From Mobula hypostoma (lineage: Eukaryota): a stretch of DNA of 64,000 nucleotides. Below, piece after piece: positions 52,290-63,380 of the stretch (its first letter is position 1; each line of letters starts with the position of its first letter). The notes beneath the pieces were generated by a model that had not been told where the DNA came from, searched no databases, and saw only the letters and a program-made list of their open reading frames with translations. Location: NCBI RefSeq assembly GCF_963921235.1, contig NC_086097.1, forward strand, positions 80,788,001-80,852,000, given 5' to 3'. The translations under genes and the position numbers were made by a program.

Positions 52290-53839
52290 TATTATTTCTT
52301 AACTTGTGTTACCACCATTGATTCTTGCCATGTCCACTGTCCTTTCTGTGCAACTCCTCACTCCATCCCTTTATCATTGCTGCCCTCAACCTTACCCTTA
52401 TATACTCTGAACCTCTTGTACTCACTCAAATACCGTTAAAACTTCTACTTATTTTTCAATTCTACTGAAAGCTGGAAGATCAACTCTATTTCTTCAAAGA
52501 TTCTACCTCACCTACAAGAACTGTCTTTTAGATTTCCTGTGGTGACGCCAACATGGTTTTACTGCTTCTCAGTAAATGTTTTTTCCAAACAAGTCAGCTT
52601 CAATTAATAGGCTTTGTCGACTGAAGATTACAAAGAGCTGATGAGCTTCTGAAGAAATCTGAGCTTTCACTTACTTTCAATCTAAAATATTCGCAATTCT
52701 GTGCAGTCTTACAACAAAATTCACCTGGCTAAAATTGAGATCTGCTCCTCCTGGAAAGAAAGAAAAGTCGAGTAGTAGTTGGGATCAAATTGAACTTATT
52801 TTAAATGCTACATTGAGCTACTTGGTTCACTTGATCAGACATTTTTTTCGTTTTACTCATTTCTCCCCCTCTTTCTCTACGACTGGAAATTAACTTGTCA
52901 TTACCCTTTTCCAATTCTGATGAAGGGTGCTGGACCTAAAATATTTAATGCTTCTCTTGCTGTCTGATCTACTGAGCATTTCCAGTATACTCTATTCTGA
53001 ATGCATTTTGATTTGCACTTACTCTCTATGATGGGCAGCAAAGATTGCCATCCACCTAAAACAGTGTTCAACCCTTTCTTTATGGTGGTGTTTGACGTTA
53101 TAACGTATCTGCCTCCAACTGAACCCTTTTCAATGCTGTTAAAAAGGATAAACCAATTCAATGACCCACAGTTGGATTTCCATATATTGTGTATATGCTT
53201 CGATTACTTTCTTATATCACTTGAGGTGCTCAGTAGTGAAATCAAATAAGAATTTTTTGACCCACAAGTTTCAGGAGTCGGTTTCATTTGGGAATCTGCA
53301 GCCATTTCAATTGAAATAAGAAATGTAGCATAATTAATATGACTGCTTTAAAAGCATTGTATTTGTCAGAACTGCCAATTTGAAACCTATCGTTCAAGCA
53401 AACAGAGAAAACAAACATAAACCTTTGTCAAGATGGAGCTGTGCTTGAAAATATTCGTACATCTGAGACAAGTTAAGCTGGCCTGGCTGAGCAGCAAGTG
53501 CTAAGGGAAGAGATTTTGCAAACAGTTTAAAGGAGACTATATCATTATGGAGGGCAGGTGTTATTAATTACAACAATACTTTAGTTAATTTCTGTCACAA
53601 TTTTAGATTTGATGGTGTAAAGTTTTAAATCCAGATCATTTGAGGCAGAGGATTAACAGAGGCAGAGAACTGATTTATAAGGTAGAATGGGGGAGGACTG
53701 GGGTGGGAGGAGAATAACTTTGAGCAATGTATCAAATTGTTACCCAGGATGACAAATTAAAAAATATTAACTTGAAGGAAAGAGGAATAAACTTAGGCTG
53801 TTCATACCCTCAGCTCTAGCTATTGTCACTTTATTTATT

Positions 53840-54095
53840 TATTTACTTTTATTTAGAGATACAGCATGGAACAGGCCCTTCTAATTAACCCTAGCCTAAT
53901 CACTGAACAATTTATACAAGACCAATTAACCTACAAAATGGTGTGACGTTGGACTGTTGAAGGAAACTGGAGCACCCGGAGGAAACCTACCCATTCATGG
54001 GAGGGACGTACAAACTTCTTACAGAGGATGTCATAATTGAACTCCAAACTCCAAGCTGTTGCAGCTTTGCACTAATTACTATGTTACTATGGTGC
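53840..54095 (-). mobile_element. tRNA-derived V-SINE (HE1-like)
   Basis: aggaaactggagcacccggaggaaacc is the antisense V-domain core. Same family as 23765-24058. Confidence 0.7.
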
Positions 54096-54226
54096 GCTCA
54101 ACTATTAATTCATAATTAGCAGTGAAGTTAAGGCCCTCACTAATAACTCATCACCTTGTTCTCAAAACCTGGCATTTGCTGAAACATGAAGTGCCCAATT
54201 TTGGAAAGAGGCAAATGATTTATCTT

Positions 54227-54453
54227 CAAACAACAGGAACTCTGCAGATGCTGGAAATTCAAGCAACACACATCAAAGTTGCTGGTGAACGCAGCAGGCC
54301 AGGCAGCATCTATAGGAAGAGGCGCAGTCGATGTTTCAGGCCGAGACCCTTCGTCAGGACTGACTGAAGGAAGAAAGTCTGAAACGTCGACTGCGCCTCT
54401 TCCTATAGATGCTGCCTGGCCTGCTGCGTTCACCAGCAACTTTGATGTGTGTT
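54227..54453 (-). mobile_element. Young PLE terminal-repeat hairpin insertion
   Basis: 75-bp inverted arms at 54265-54339 and 54379-54453 (1 mismatch). 14-bp TSD aaatgatttatctt (54213-54226 and 54454-54467). Confidence 0.9.
54325..54362 (-). ncRNA. Minimal type-I hammerhead motif (stem III variant AUC)
   Basis: cagtc-CTGACGA-agg gtctcgg cct-GAAAC-ATC-gactg. The 5-bp stem I and both core boxes are intact, but the palindromic ACGU is changed to ACAU. Confidence 0.65.
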
Positions 54454-54997
54454 AAATGATTTATCTTTGCTCTTCAGGCAAAACTCTTAGATACTGCCAT
54501 CCTTTAACACTTTGAAGGACTTAAATGAAGTCAGCATGGGAGGTCTCCAAAAAACAGTTGACTCACTCAAGGAAATGTGGTATTTGCTTTGAGAGCCCAT
54601 GCCGTTCAAGGAGAAAGTTAAACTGAGTGTTCAGTGCCAATGGTACACTTCCATGTAATTAGGACCGCGAGTATCTGTCCTTTAATGAGAGCAGCCACAT
54701 GGATGACTTATGTTCTTTGTGATAACTGTCAATAAACACAACCTCAGAGTTCAAACTTTTCCCTGCCCTTTAAAGTACTGCTCTACTATTAAAATAATTA
54801 GGGGCAAGCCAGGATGGTTTTAAAACTGTAACCTTATTGTGGGTTTAAGATGTTGCTTTACAACAACACAACATCATTCCAAGGAACTGAGAAATCACAA
54901 AAGCATCAAATATCCTGTGTAGGCTGTTCCGCCTACCGCACTGTGCTTGGCCTTTGCTTGTATAAACCAAACTCAATCCCTTTGTCAAATCTTAACC

Positions 54998-55885
54998 TGG
55001 GGGCAGATTTTACAATTAGTCAATACTTCCTCTATCTGTGCTAAACATTCCCTAATTCAATTTAAAGTTGTTCATAGAGCACATATGTCCAAAGGTAAGT
55101 TAGCGCACTTTTATTCTCATATTAATCCTTTTTGTGATAGATGTCCAGGGCAGATAGCCTCCTTAACTCATATGTTTTGGTCTTGCCCTACTTTGGAAAC
55201 TTTTTGGAGAGACATTTTTAATATTATCTCCAAGGTATTGAATATAGATATCTCTCCTCACCCTATTACTGCTATCTTTGGACTACCTAAAATTTCCAGT
55301 AATCTCTCCCCTTCAGCCCGTAGAATGATTGCATTTCTTACTTTAATGGCGAAAAGATGTATCTTACAACATTGGAAAGAGCTTAATGCTCCAACTACCT
55401 TTTTTTGGTTTTCTCAGACGATACTATGCTTGAATCTGGAGAAAATTAGAAGCAATCTTTATGACTCCTCATTTAAATTTGAACAGACTTGGAGATCTTT
55501 TATTCAATATTTTCATTTAATGTAATATATACCCTTCTTGTTTTTTTTTTACTGTTTTTAATGGAGGTCGGGATTGAGGACGTGATTTTAAGTTTAACTC
55601 TGTTTGGTTTCAAGTTAGCCCATTGCTTTGCTTTGCTTTTAGTTAGTTGCACGGTGGGTTTTTTTTGGGGGTTTTTTTTTTTCCTTTTCTCTATTGATAT
55701 ATATATATAAAATTAGTATACTATTATGTTACCTTGGTATGTTATGTTTAAATTACATTGTTTGTAGTATTTTTTTTGTATTAATATCTTCTGTAATTTT
55801 ATTATATTCTAACAGTGTATTAGTGTCTATATGGCTTACCTTTTTGTATACTTATTTAATAAAAAGATTTAAAAAGAAAGAAAGA
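54998..55885 (+). mobile_element. 5'-truncated L1-clade LINE (ORF2 C-terminus, 3' UTR, A-rich tail)
   Basis: LIQFKVVHR...CDRC....ASLTHMFWSCP (L1 CCHC knuckle), AATAAA plus (gaaa)n tail, and 11-bp TSD aaatcttaacc (54987-54997 and 55886-55896). Confidence 0.9.
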
Positions 55886-57361
55886 AAATCTTAACCACAC
55901 TCTGTCACCTGCCCTTCTTTTGAAAGATGCAAACCTCAATTATTCAGTGGGGGCGGGAGGGGGAGGGAAGCTGCACAGTAAACCTCTCCTTACATCCCAT
56001 TTAATAGTTCTCTTCTTAGGAACACTGTTGTAGCTCTCAAGGTTCTTGGCGCATGAAGCTGGCACTTCCAAACCAATTTCGCAAGGGCTTTAAGATTCCT
56101 CGTTTACCTATACAGTGTACTGTAGATGCCAGTCAAAGTGCCCAATCTCATGGATACTGTTCACCTCTGGTGCAGAATGAACCTGAGCAAGCAGGCTCTG
56201 ATACTCGATATCTAAGGGGACATTTTAAGCCAGTGAAATGGACAATGCACTATTGAAATTCAGGGTCAGTCTCAAGAGTATTTTTGTGGCAGAAAAACCA
56301 TGAATTTAATCTCCTGGAGTCAATTATGAAGAGAGCTTTTCTGAATAAATTTGAGTAAGAAATTCTCAAAGTTACATTGTTGCCATTAGCAAGGTGGTTG
56401 TTTCAATTTACTGACCATCAGCTATTTGTCACAAAGGAAAGATAAAGTTGATGGTATTTACATTTTAATACATAGCAGAATAGCAAGGCTAATAACAGTG
56501 TGGCACACTGAAAACAAACTGCCTGGAGCAGATATCATCAATGGGAACAGCACGAGTTGGATATTTTTGTCACTTTTCAGCTCCAACCAATGCACAATCA
56601 AATTTAAGGATAGAAAAATAATAATAGAACATATTGAATTGAGGTGAAAGTGAAATAAAGACCTCATTGGGAGAAATAGGTAACGACAAAGTGAAAAAAT
56701 TAAGACTAGTTTACTATTTGTGCATCTCCATTTACTATGTGTGAGTGGTACACAGTTTCAAACACTTCTGGCCTGTGTTTCAATGTTTAATTGCATTAGC
56801 AGAAGACTACAAGGCTCCTTGTGCTGTGAAGTATGAGTTCTCACATTCCAGTTCCTTCTCACAGCACAAATCAGCTGAGAGCGAGTTCCTCATTCTGCAA
56901 GACCTGAGGCAATAAATTGCAAATACTCCAAATCTACAGCAAATCCTTGCTCTTTAGCTTTTTCTTCATAGCTGCCAAATTCTGGATTATTTTACTCATT
57001 TCAACAGCTTTCCCAATAAACTCAATTATTCTGCAAGCAAATTCTGACACTTTATTTTCAGAAGCCAGTTTCAGGTCAGATGTATCTATTTCTGAAACGT
57101 TAAATTAAACTCCATAATGAAATCCATTTTATTGAAAATATTGAATTTTACTTTTACTGAAACTTGTTGTGATCCAGGTAATTGGGTAACATGAGTACTC
57201 TGTATTCACAAACAATGACATGGCTCACTTCTAACCATTCCAGCTTTAATTCATTTTCTTCCAATCTTCAATTCCCTCCCTTCTCAATGATTAAGTCTGT
57301 AGGCAATTTCCACCTATCACAATGGCACATGAATCACCAATGTTCCCTCTAAGAGGTAGGT

Positions 57362-57362
<1 letters not shown>

Positions 57363-57408
<46 letters not shown>
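57363..57408. repeat. (GT)n microsatellite
   Basis: Uninterrupted GT dinucleotide run of about 23 units. Confidence 0.95.
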
Positions 57409-57409
<1 letters not shown>

Positions 57410-57499
57410 TGTCTCTCTGCCTCTCTGCAGATTTTAGAACAGGCTTATTTATACTGCTTTTAGTTGAAGAAATTATTGATTGACTATGTCGAATTCCAA

Positions 57500-58812
57500 A
57501 GAAGCAAAGAACTGGTTATGGATTGCATTAAATCCCATCTTCCTGCTATATTGGTCCCTTTCCAGTTTGCTTATTGCTCAAATTGGTCCATTGATGATGC
57601 CATAGTCTGTGCACTCCATTCCACCATGTCCCATCCAGAAAATGGTGCCTTATATGCCGGGATGCTGTTTCTTGACTTCAATTGACTTCATTTAATATGA
57701 TCATCCCTTAGAATCCCTTGTTGGGCCTCAACCCCTCTTACTGCAATTGGATCCTGGACTTCCTGATAGAAAGACCACGGTCAGTCTATGTTGGCAGAAA
57801 CATCTCTAGCTCCATCATGTTGAGCACTGGTGCTCCCCGGGGCTGTGTGCTCAGCCCACTGCTGATACAGGACTGCACTGCTAGATCCAGTTCAAACAGA
57901 ATCAACAAGTTCACTGACGACACGGCAGTGGTTGGCTTCATCAACAACGATGACGAGATGGCATACTGAGAAGAGACAGAGCAGCTGGTAGAATGGTGTG
58001 AGTACAGCAATTTGAGTCCAAAGGTGGACAAGACCAAAGAGATGATTGTGGTCATCAGGAAGGAGCACGCTGACCACTCCTCGCTGCACATAAATGGCTC
58101 CTCCATAGAGAGAGTCAGGAGCACCAAGTTTCTGGGAGTCCCCATAACTGACGATCTCACCTCGTCCCTTAACACCACCTCTTTGGTCAAGAAAGCATAG
58201 CAGTGTCTCCACTTCCTGAGAAGACTGAGCTGATTGAGGATTTCTCCCCTCATTTTACCCAAGTTTCACAGCAGCACCACCGAGAGTGTCCTGACCAGCT
58301 GCATTGTCATCTGGTATGGGAATTGCAAGGCATCTGACCACAAGTCCCTACAAAGGATTGCGAGGGTTGCTGAGAGAATCCTTGGCTTCTCTCTTCCACC
58401 CATTAGAGATATTTATCAGGATTGCTGCATACCCAGGGCTCTTAGCATTATCAGTGATCCCTCCCATCCATCCAGCAATCTCTTTCACACCCTTCCGTCA
58501 GACAGGATCATCGCATTAGGACAAGAACTCTTAGGTTGGGAAACAGTTTCTTCCCCCAGACCGTTAAGGCTACTGAACTCCCTGCCACCACCCAGGTCTC
58601 ATCACATATGAAGCATCAGTAGCATTACACTGCTTACTTTTTAGCTTGATTTGTATATGCACCTTATTATTTGTTAATTTATTTGTGGTAATATTACTTC
58701 ATGTGTTATGTATGTGAATTATATGCACAGTGTTGTGCACTTTAGTCCGAAGGAACACTGCTTCGTTTGGCGGTATACATGTTTGCAGTTAAATGACAAT
58801 ATTCTGAACTTG
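57500..58812 (+). mobile_element. Degraded Rex1/Babar-type LINE RT and 3' end
   Basis: [45 protein letters not shown]. Confidence 0.85.
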
Positions 58813-59728
58813 GCTTTGATAATATTTATTTTGATCCCCATTTTGGTAACAGATTCCAGATTTTCACCACCATTTGGCTAAATAAATTTATTCTGAATTC
58901 CTTATTGGATTTCCTGGGGAGCACCTTACTTCAACAGCCTATAATTATATGCTTCCCTATAAGTGGAAGCATTCCCTCTGCAATACTCTATCAAAACCCT
59001 TGATAACTTTAAAGATATCCAAGTCACACCTCAGCCTTCTTCACTCGACAGAACAGAGACTAAATTCTAGTACAGGCTTTAAAATTTTCTACTGCACTCA
59101 TATAGATACCAGAATTATGAGCAGTATGCTTTAGTACAGTTTAACTTAAACCTGACATAACTTCCTTATTTTGAATTACATTCCTTTAGTAATAATGCCT
59201 ATGTTGCATTTTTTTTTGTTTTTCTATGGCTTTGCTAACTGTTAGATTAAACCTATCATGATTTTGTACTCCGAGGTCCCTTTGTTCTACTACCATTCCC
59301 TGACCTTCAAAGAAATAAGTGAATGCTCTCCTATCAAAATGTACCAGCTCACATTTACCTGTGCTGAACTCCATTTGCCAATTATATGCCCATTCTGCAA
59401 ATTTCTTAATGTCCTCTTGCAACCTGCTACAAATTTCCTCAGGATATTTTCCACATAGCCTCTAGCTTATTAATGCATTGTCTACCTTCCTCCTTAAATA
59501 CAGGGATCGGATTAACTACCAACCGGTCTTCTGGCACCACAGCTTTTTCTAACCAATTATTACAATTGGTTGGCCTATTATTGTCTCTGCTCTCTATTCC
59601 TCAGATTCTTTGAAAATGTGTGGACCACAGGTTTTATTCTCTTTGTGGTTGATTAATTCATTTAATAAATCTTCTTAATGTAAATGAATACAATTCAATA
59701 GCCATCTCATCATCTAATGTCATATCTA

Positions 59729-59795
59729 AAGTACTGTGCAAAAGTTTCAGGCAGATATATACAGCTAGGGTGACTAAGACCGTTGCACTGTACTG
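59729..59795. mobile_element. Small palindromic Tc1/mariner-type MITE
   Basis: agtactgtgcaaaagtttcaggca...tgactaagaccgttgcactgtactg, flanked by TA on both sides. Confidence 0.7.
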
Positions 59796-60208
59796 TATTT
59801 GTCAAAAACGAGCTTGCAAATCTGGCAGGAACATCAGGTGTTGGGAATGGTGAGGGTGGAGTGCCGGAAGAGGGACATGGAACAGGTGCACAGAAGGAGT
59901 GGCAGGGCCTGGGTGCTGGGTGGGATGGCACACGTGCAGACACACACAGCCCTGAGACACCAAGCAAAGTCACTTGATTCCAAACAGCCGGTTTGTTGAT
60001 CATTACAGAATGTCTCTCTGGTGCCTCCTGCACCCTCCCATCTCCCTTCCCCATATTCTAATTATGATTCCCCTCTCCCTGCCCCCTTCCCACTTTCAGT
60101 CCACAATAGAGACCTATATCAAAATCAGAATTATCATCAATCACTCACATATGTCATGAGACTTGTTTTTTTGGTGGCAACAGTACGGTGCAATACATAA
60201 AATTGCTA

Positions 60209-60412
60209 CAGAACTGTGGAAAAGTCAGGCACCCTAGCTACACACACACACACACATATATACACACATACATATATATGCATATATTATATATATATGT
60301 ATGTGATATGTATATTATACACACATATACATTATACACACACATATATGCATATATTATATATGTATGTAATATATATATTATATAATATATTATACAC
60401 GCACATACATTT

Positions 60413-60474
<62 letters not shown>

Positions 60475-60517
60475 CATACATATATGTGTGTGTGCCTAAG
60501 GCTTTTGCACAGCCTTG
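60209..60517. mobile_element. Second copy of the same MITE, inverted, with an internal (CA/TA)n expansion
   Basis: cagaactgtggaaaagtcaggcaccctagcta-[~250 bp CA/TA microsatellite]-gtgcctaaggcttttgcacagccttg, with TA flanks. Confidence 0.7.
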
Positions 60518-60959
60518 TACATTCCTTTGCTTTGCTATATCTCCCCGAATCCTTCTCTGGATTAAATTCCACCTGGCACATTTTGGCCCAGTTGACCAGA
60601 TCAGCTCTTTTCCTCTGAAGTTGAAAGCTTTCTTCCTCCATGTAAATCACAAGGTCCTTTTCTGTACATCTGCAATCTTCTTAATCAGGCTCTACACTTA
60701 GGTCTAAACAAAAATGTGCATCACAAAATCAAGGATCTGAGAAATGAACCTGAGAACTCAGTGGTAACAAGTCCTAAACCACAAGTCAACTATTATCCTC
60801 TGCTTCCTACCATGGAGCTACTTTACAATCCTTTTTTCACTTTATTGTTTATCGCAGGCACATTTACAGTACATTTTTAATCACATTTCTGTGCAGGTCC
60901 TTGTTAAAAGCATTACTTACATCTATGCAGACTACCTGAAATGCAGTATCCTTATCAAC

Positions 60960-61155
60960 CCTGTTGCTGTATGTAAGGAGTTTGTACATTCTCCCCATGA
61001 CTGTGAGGGCTTTCTCCTGGTGCTCTAGTGTCCAACACTTGGGTGTTATCCCCAGCACATCCTTAGGTTGTGCTGCTGGTTAATGCCAATGGTACATTTC
61101 ACTGTATGTTTCAATGTACAGCACACGTGAGAAATAAAGCTCATCTTTACCTTTG
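60960..61155 (+). mobile_element. V-SINE fragment
   Basis: ggagtttgtacattctccccatgactgtgagggctttctcctggtgctc V-domain core and aataaagc tail. Confidence 0.6.
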
Positions 61156-61402
61156 ATCCTCCTTGTAAGCTCCTCAAAAATGTAAGTGTTTGTCAAACAC
61201 TACCTTTCTTTGACATATTCATGCTGACTCCTTTTGACTAATCTGTGTCATTTTAAATGAGGGTTCACACTGTGTTTCAGAATTAACTTCATTGATTTGC
61301 CCAGCACTGAAGTTAAACTAACTGGACAGTATTTATGTGGCAACACACATAAAAGTTGCTGGTGAACGCAGCAGGCCAGGCAGCATCTCTAGGAAGAGGT
61401 GC

Positions 61403-61438
61403 AGTCGACGTTTCAGGCCAAGACCCTTCGTCAGGACT
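61403..61438 (-). ncRNA. Minimal type-I hammerhead ribozyme motif (FUT8 sense strand)
   Basis: agtc-CTGACGA-agg gtcttgg cct-GAAAC-GTC-gact. Confidence 0.75.
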
Positions 61439-61455
61439 AATGTCAGAACTAAGTT

Positions 61456-61491
61456 AGTCCTGACGAAGGGTCTCGGCCTGAAACGTCGACT
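61456..61491 (+). ncRNA. Minimal type-I hammerhead ribozyme motif
   Basis: Stem I agtc/gact, CUGACGA at 61460-61466, stem II agg/cct, GAAA at 61480-61483, palindromic ACGU stem III, GUC triplet. Predicted cleavage after 61487. Confidence 0.8.
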
Positions 61492-61844
61492 GCACCTCTT
61501 CCTAGAGATGCTGCCTGGCCTGCTGCGTTCACCAGCAACTTTTATGTGTGTTGCTTGAATTTCCAGCATCTGCAGAATTCCTGTTGTTTGAGTATTTATG
61601 TGCTGCTGTCATCCTCCTATTTAGAACAAGAGTACAACCTTAGTGGTAGCCCAAAGCTCCAGCATTATTCCTGCAGCCAGGAGCGATTGAAAATCATGGC
61701 CAAGGCCTCTGCAGTGTCCTCAATTGCTTCTTATAATTGAACAAGGTATACTTCAATGTGGCCTGGCAATTTATCCACTTTCAACAATGTTAAGTTCTTA
61801 ATACTTCCTCTTTTAGTCTGGTCATCCTGTCCAATATTTCCTAC

Positions 61845-63030
61845 ATGGAATCAAACAGCATGGAAACTGGCTCTCCAGCCCAACTGGTCCATGCTGAGTG
61901 TGTTTCCCAGTAAGTTAGTCTCATCTGTCTGTGTTTAGTCCATAACTCTTTAAACCCCTCCTATCCACAAACTGATCTACATTGCTGATATGCCCACCTC
62001 AAAAACAATGTCTGGCAGCTCATTCCAGAATGTATCACCTTTTGCATGAAGCTCCTGCTTCTGACGTCCCTTTTAAATCTCTTGCCTCTGATTTTAAACC
62101 TATTCCCTGTTGTTTTTAGCAGCCCTCCCTGGGAAAAAGACTACATGCTTTCACCCTATCTATATCCTTCATGACCTTATACATATCTCTGTCAGGTCAT
62201 CCCTCAATTTCTTACGTTACAAGGAATGAAGTCCTATTCTTCGCAACCTCTCCTTACAACTGAGGTCCTCAAGTCTAAGCAACATCATGGTAAATCTTCT
62301 CTGCATTCTTTCTAGTTTAATACCAGTATTCCATCCACAATGTGACCAAAACTGTACTCAATACTCCAAGAGCAGCCTTACCATTGTCTTATATAAATAA
62401 CTGTAACATAATTTCCCAACTCCTTTACTCAGTGCCCTGACTGATGAAAACCAGCATGCCAAATGCCCTCTTCACCACCCTTTCTACACCACTTCAATGA
62501 ACTTTAGCCCTGTTCTATAACACTCCTCAGAGCTTTACCATCCAGTGTATAAGTCCTACCTTGATGTAATCTCCCAAAATAGAATAGCTCACATTTATCT
62601 GGATTGAAAACTATTTGCCAGTCCTTAGCCTCATAACCGAGTTGATCAAGATCACCCTGCACTAGATCACACTACCTACAACACCTATTTTAATATCGTC
62701 CGCAGACTTACTAAACATGCCTTCTACATTCACAACCAAATCATTTATTTAAATTTCAAAGGTACCAGCACTGACCCGCATGGCATACCACTAGACACAG
62801 GTCTCCAGCCCAAGAAACAACCGTTGACCATAACCTCTGCTTCCTAACACTGAACCAATCTGCTATCTTCCCTTGAATCTCATGCTATCTAATCTTCCAG
62901 ACTAGCCTACAATGAGAGACCTTGTCAAGGGCCTTGCTAAAGTCCATATAGACAGCATTTCACTGATTTACCTTCATCTACTTTCTTGGTTACCTCCTCA
63001 AAGAACCAGAGGTTGTCAGACACACTATCT
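61845..63030 (-). mobile_element. Degraded CR1 RT and 3' end
   Basis: gcactgacccgcatggcataccactag (antisense SG.P.GSVL), gaccttgtcaagggccttgctaaagtccata and a catggaa...aaacagcatggaaactggc tail. Confidence 0.8.
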
Positions 63031-63380
63031 TCTATAAAAAACATGAATTATAAATAGAATTTTCAATTCTCATAAAAGATAAACTTTTATTTTTCGCATA
63101 TAGCTCTTGTTCAAAGATAAAATAATAGCTGTTTCCTAACTTAAGTCATCTGATATAATTAAGGAAAAATAATCCTGAAATGTTCATTGGTAATAGACTC
63201 CAACTACTTCATGTAATGAAAAGTGACTGTCAAATTCACTTAAGCTGCTTTTTACAAATTAAATGATGTTTGATTAGCAAGCTTGCTGTCTTCCTCACTC
63301 GATTTATTTCTGCATTTAAAAGATTTTGGAAATAGCAAACTTAATCAAACTCACAGTTTATTTGGTGACATTGGTGACAT

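Larger units (their letters stand above)
61340..61590 (+). mobile_element. Very young PLE terminal-repeat hairpin insertion
   Basis: 101-bp inverted arms at 61340-61440 and 61454-61554 (1 mismatch), 13-nt loop, 36-nt one-sided tail at 61555-61590, and 12-bp TSD agtatttatgtg (61328-61339 and 61591-61602). Confidence 0.92.

Noticed and set aside
54227..54453. Hairpins interpreted as pre-miRNAs, DNA-type MITEs or CRISPR-like repeats
   Set aside because: The stems are too long and multi-copy for miRNA genes. Variable 12-15 bp TSDs and a one-sided tail do not fit a DNA-transposon superfamily. There is no repeat-spacer periodicity.
60216..60701. 161-aa His/Thr/Tyr/Ile-rich ORF
   Set aside because: Translation of a CA/TA microsatellite.
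61333..61569. Recurrent peptide LEIQATHIKVAGERSRPGS (also at 27.6 kb and 54.2 kb)
   Set aside because: Chance translation of the non-coding PLE terminal repeat. It appears on both strands because of the hairpin.
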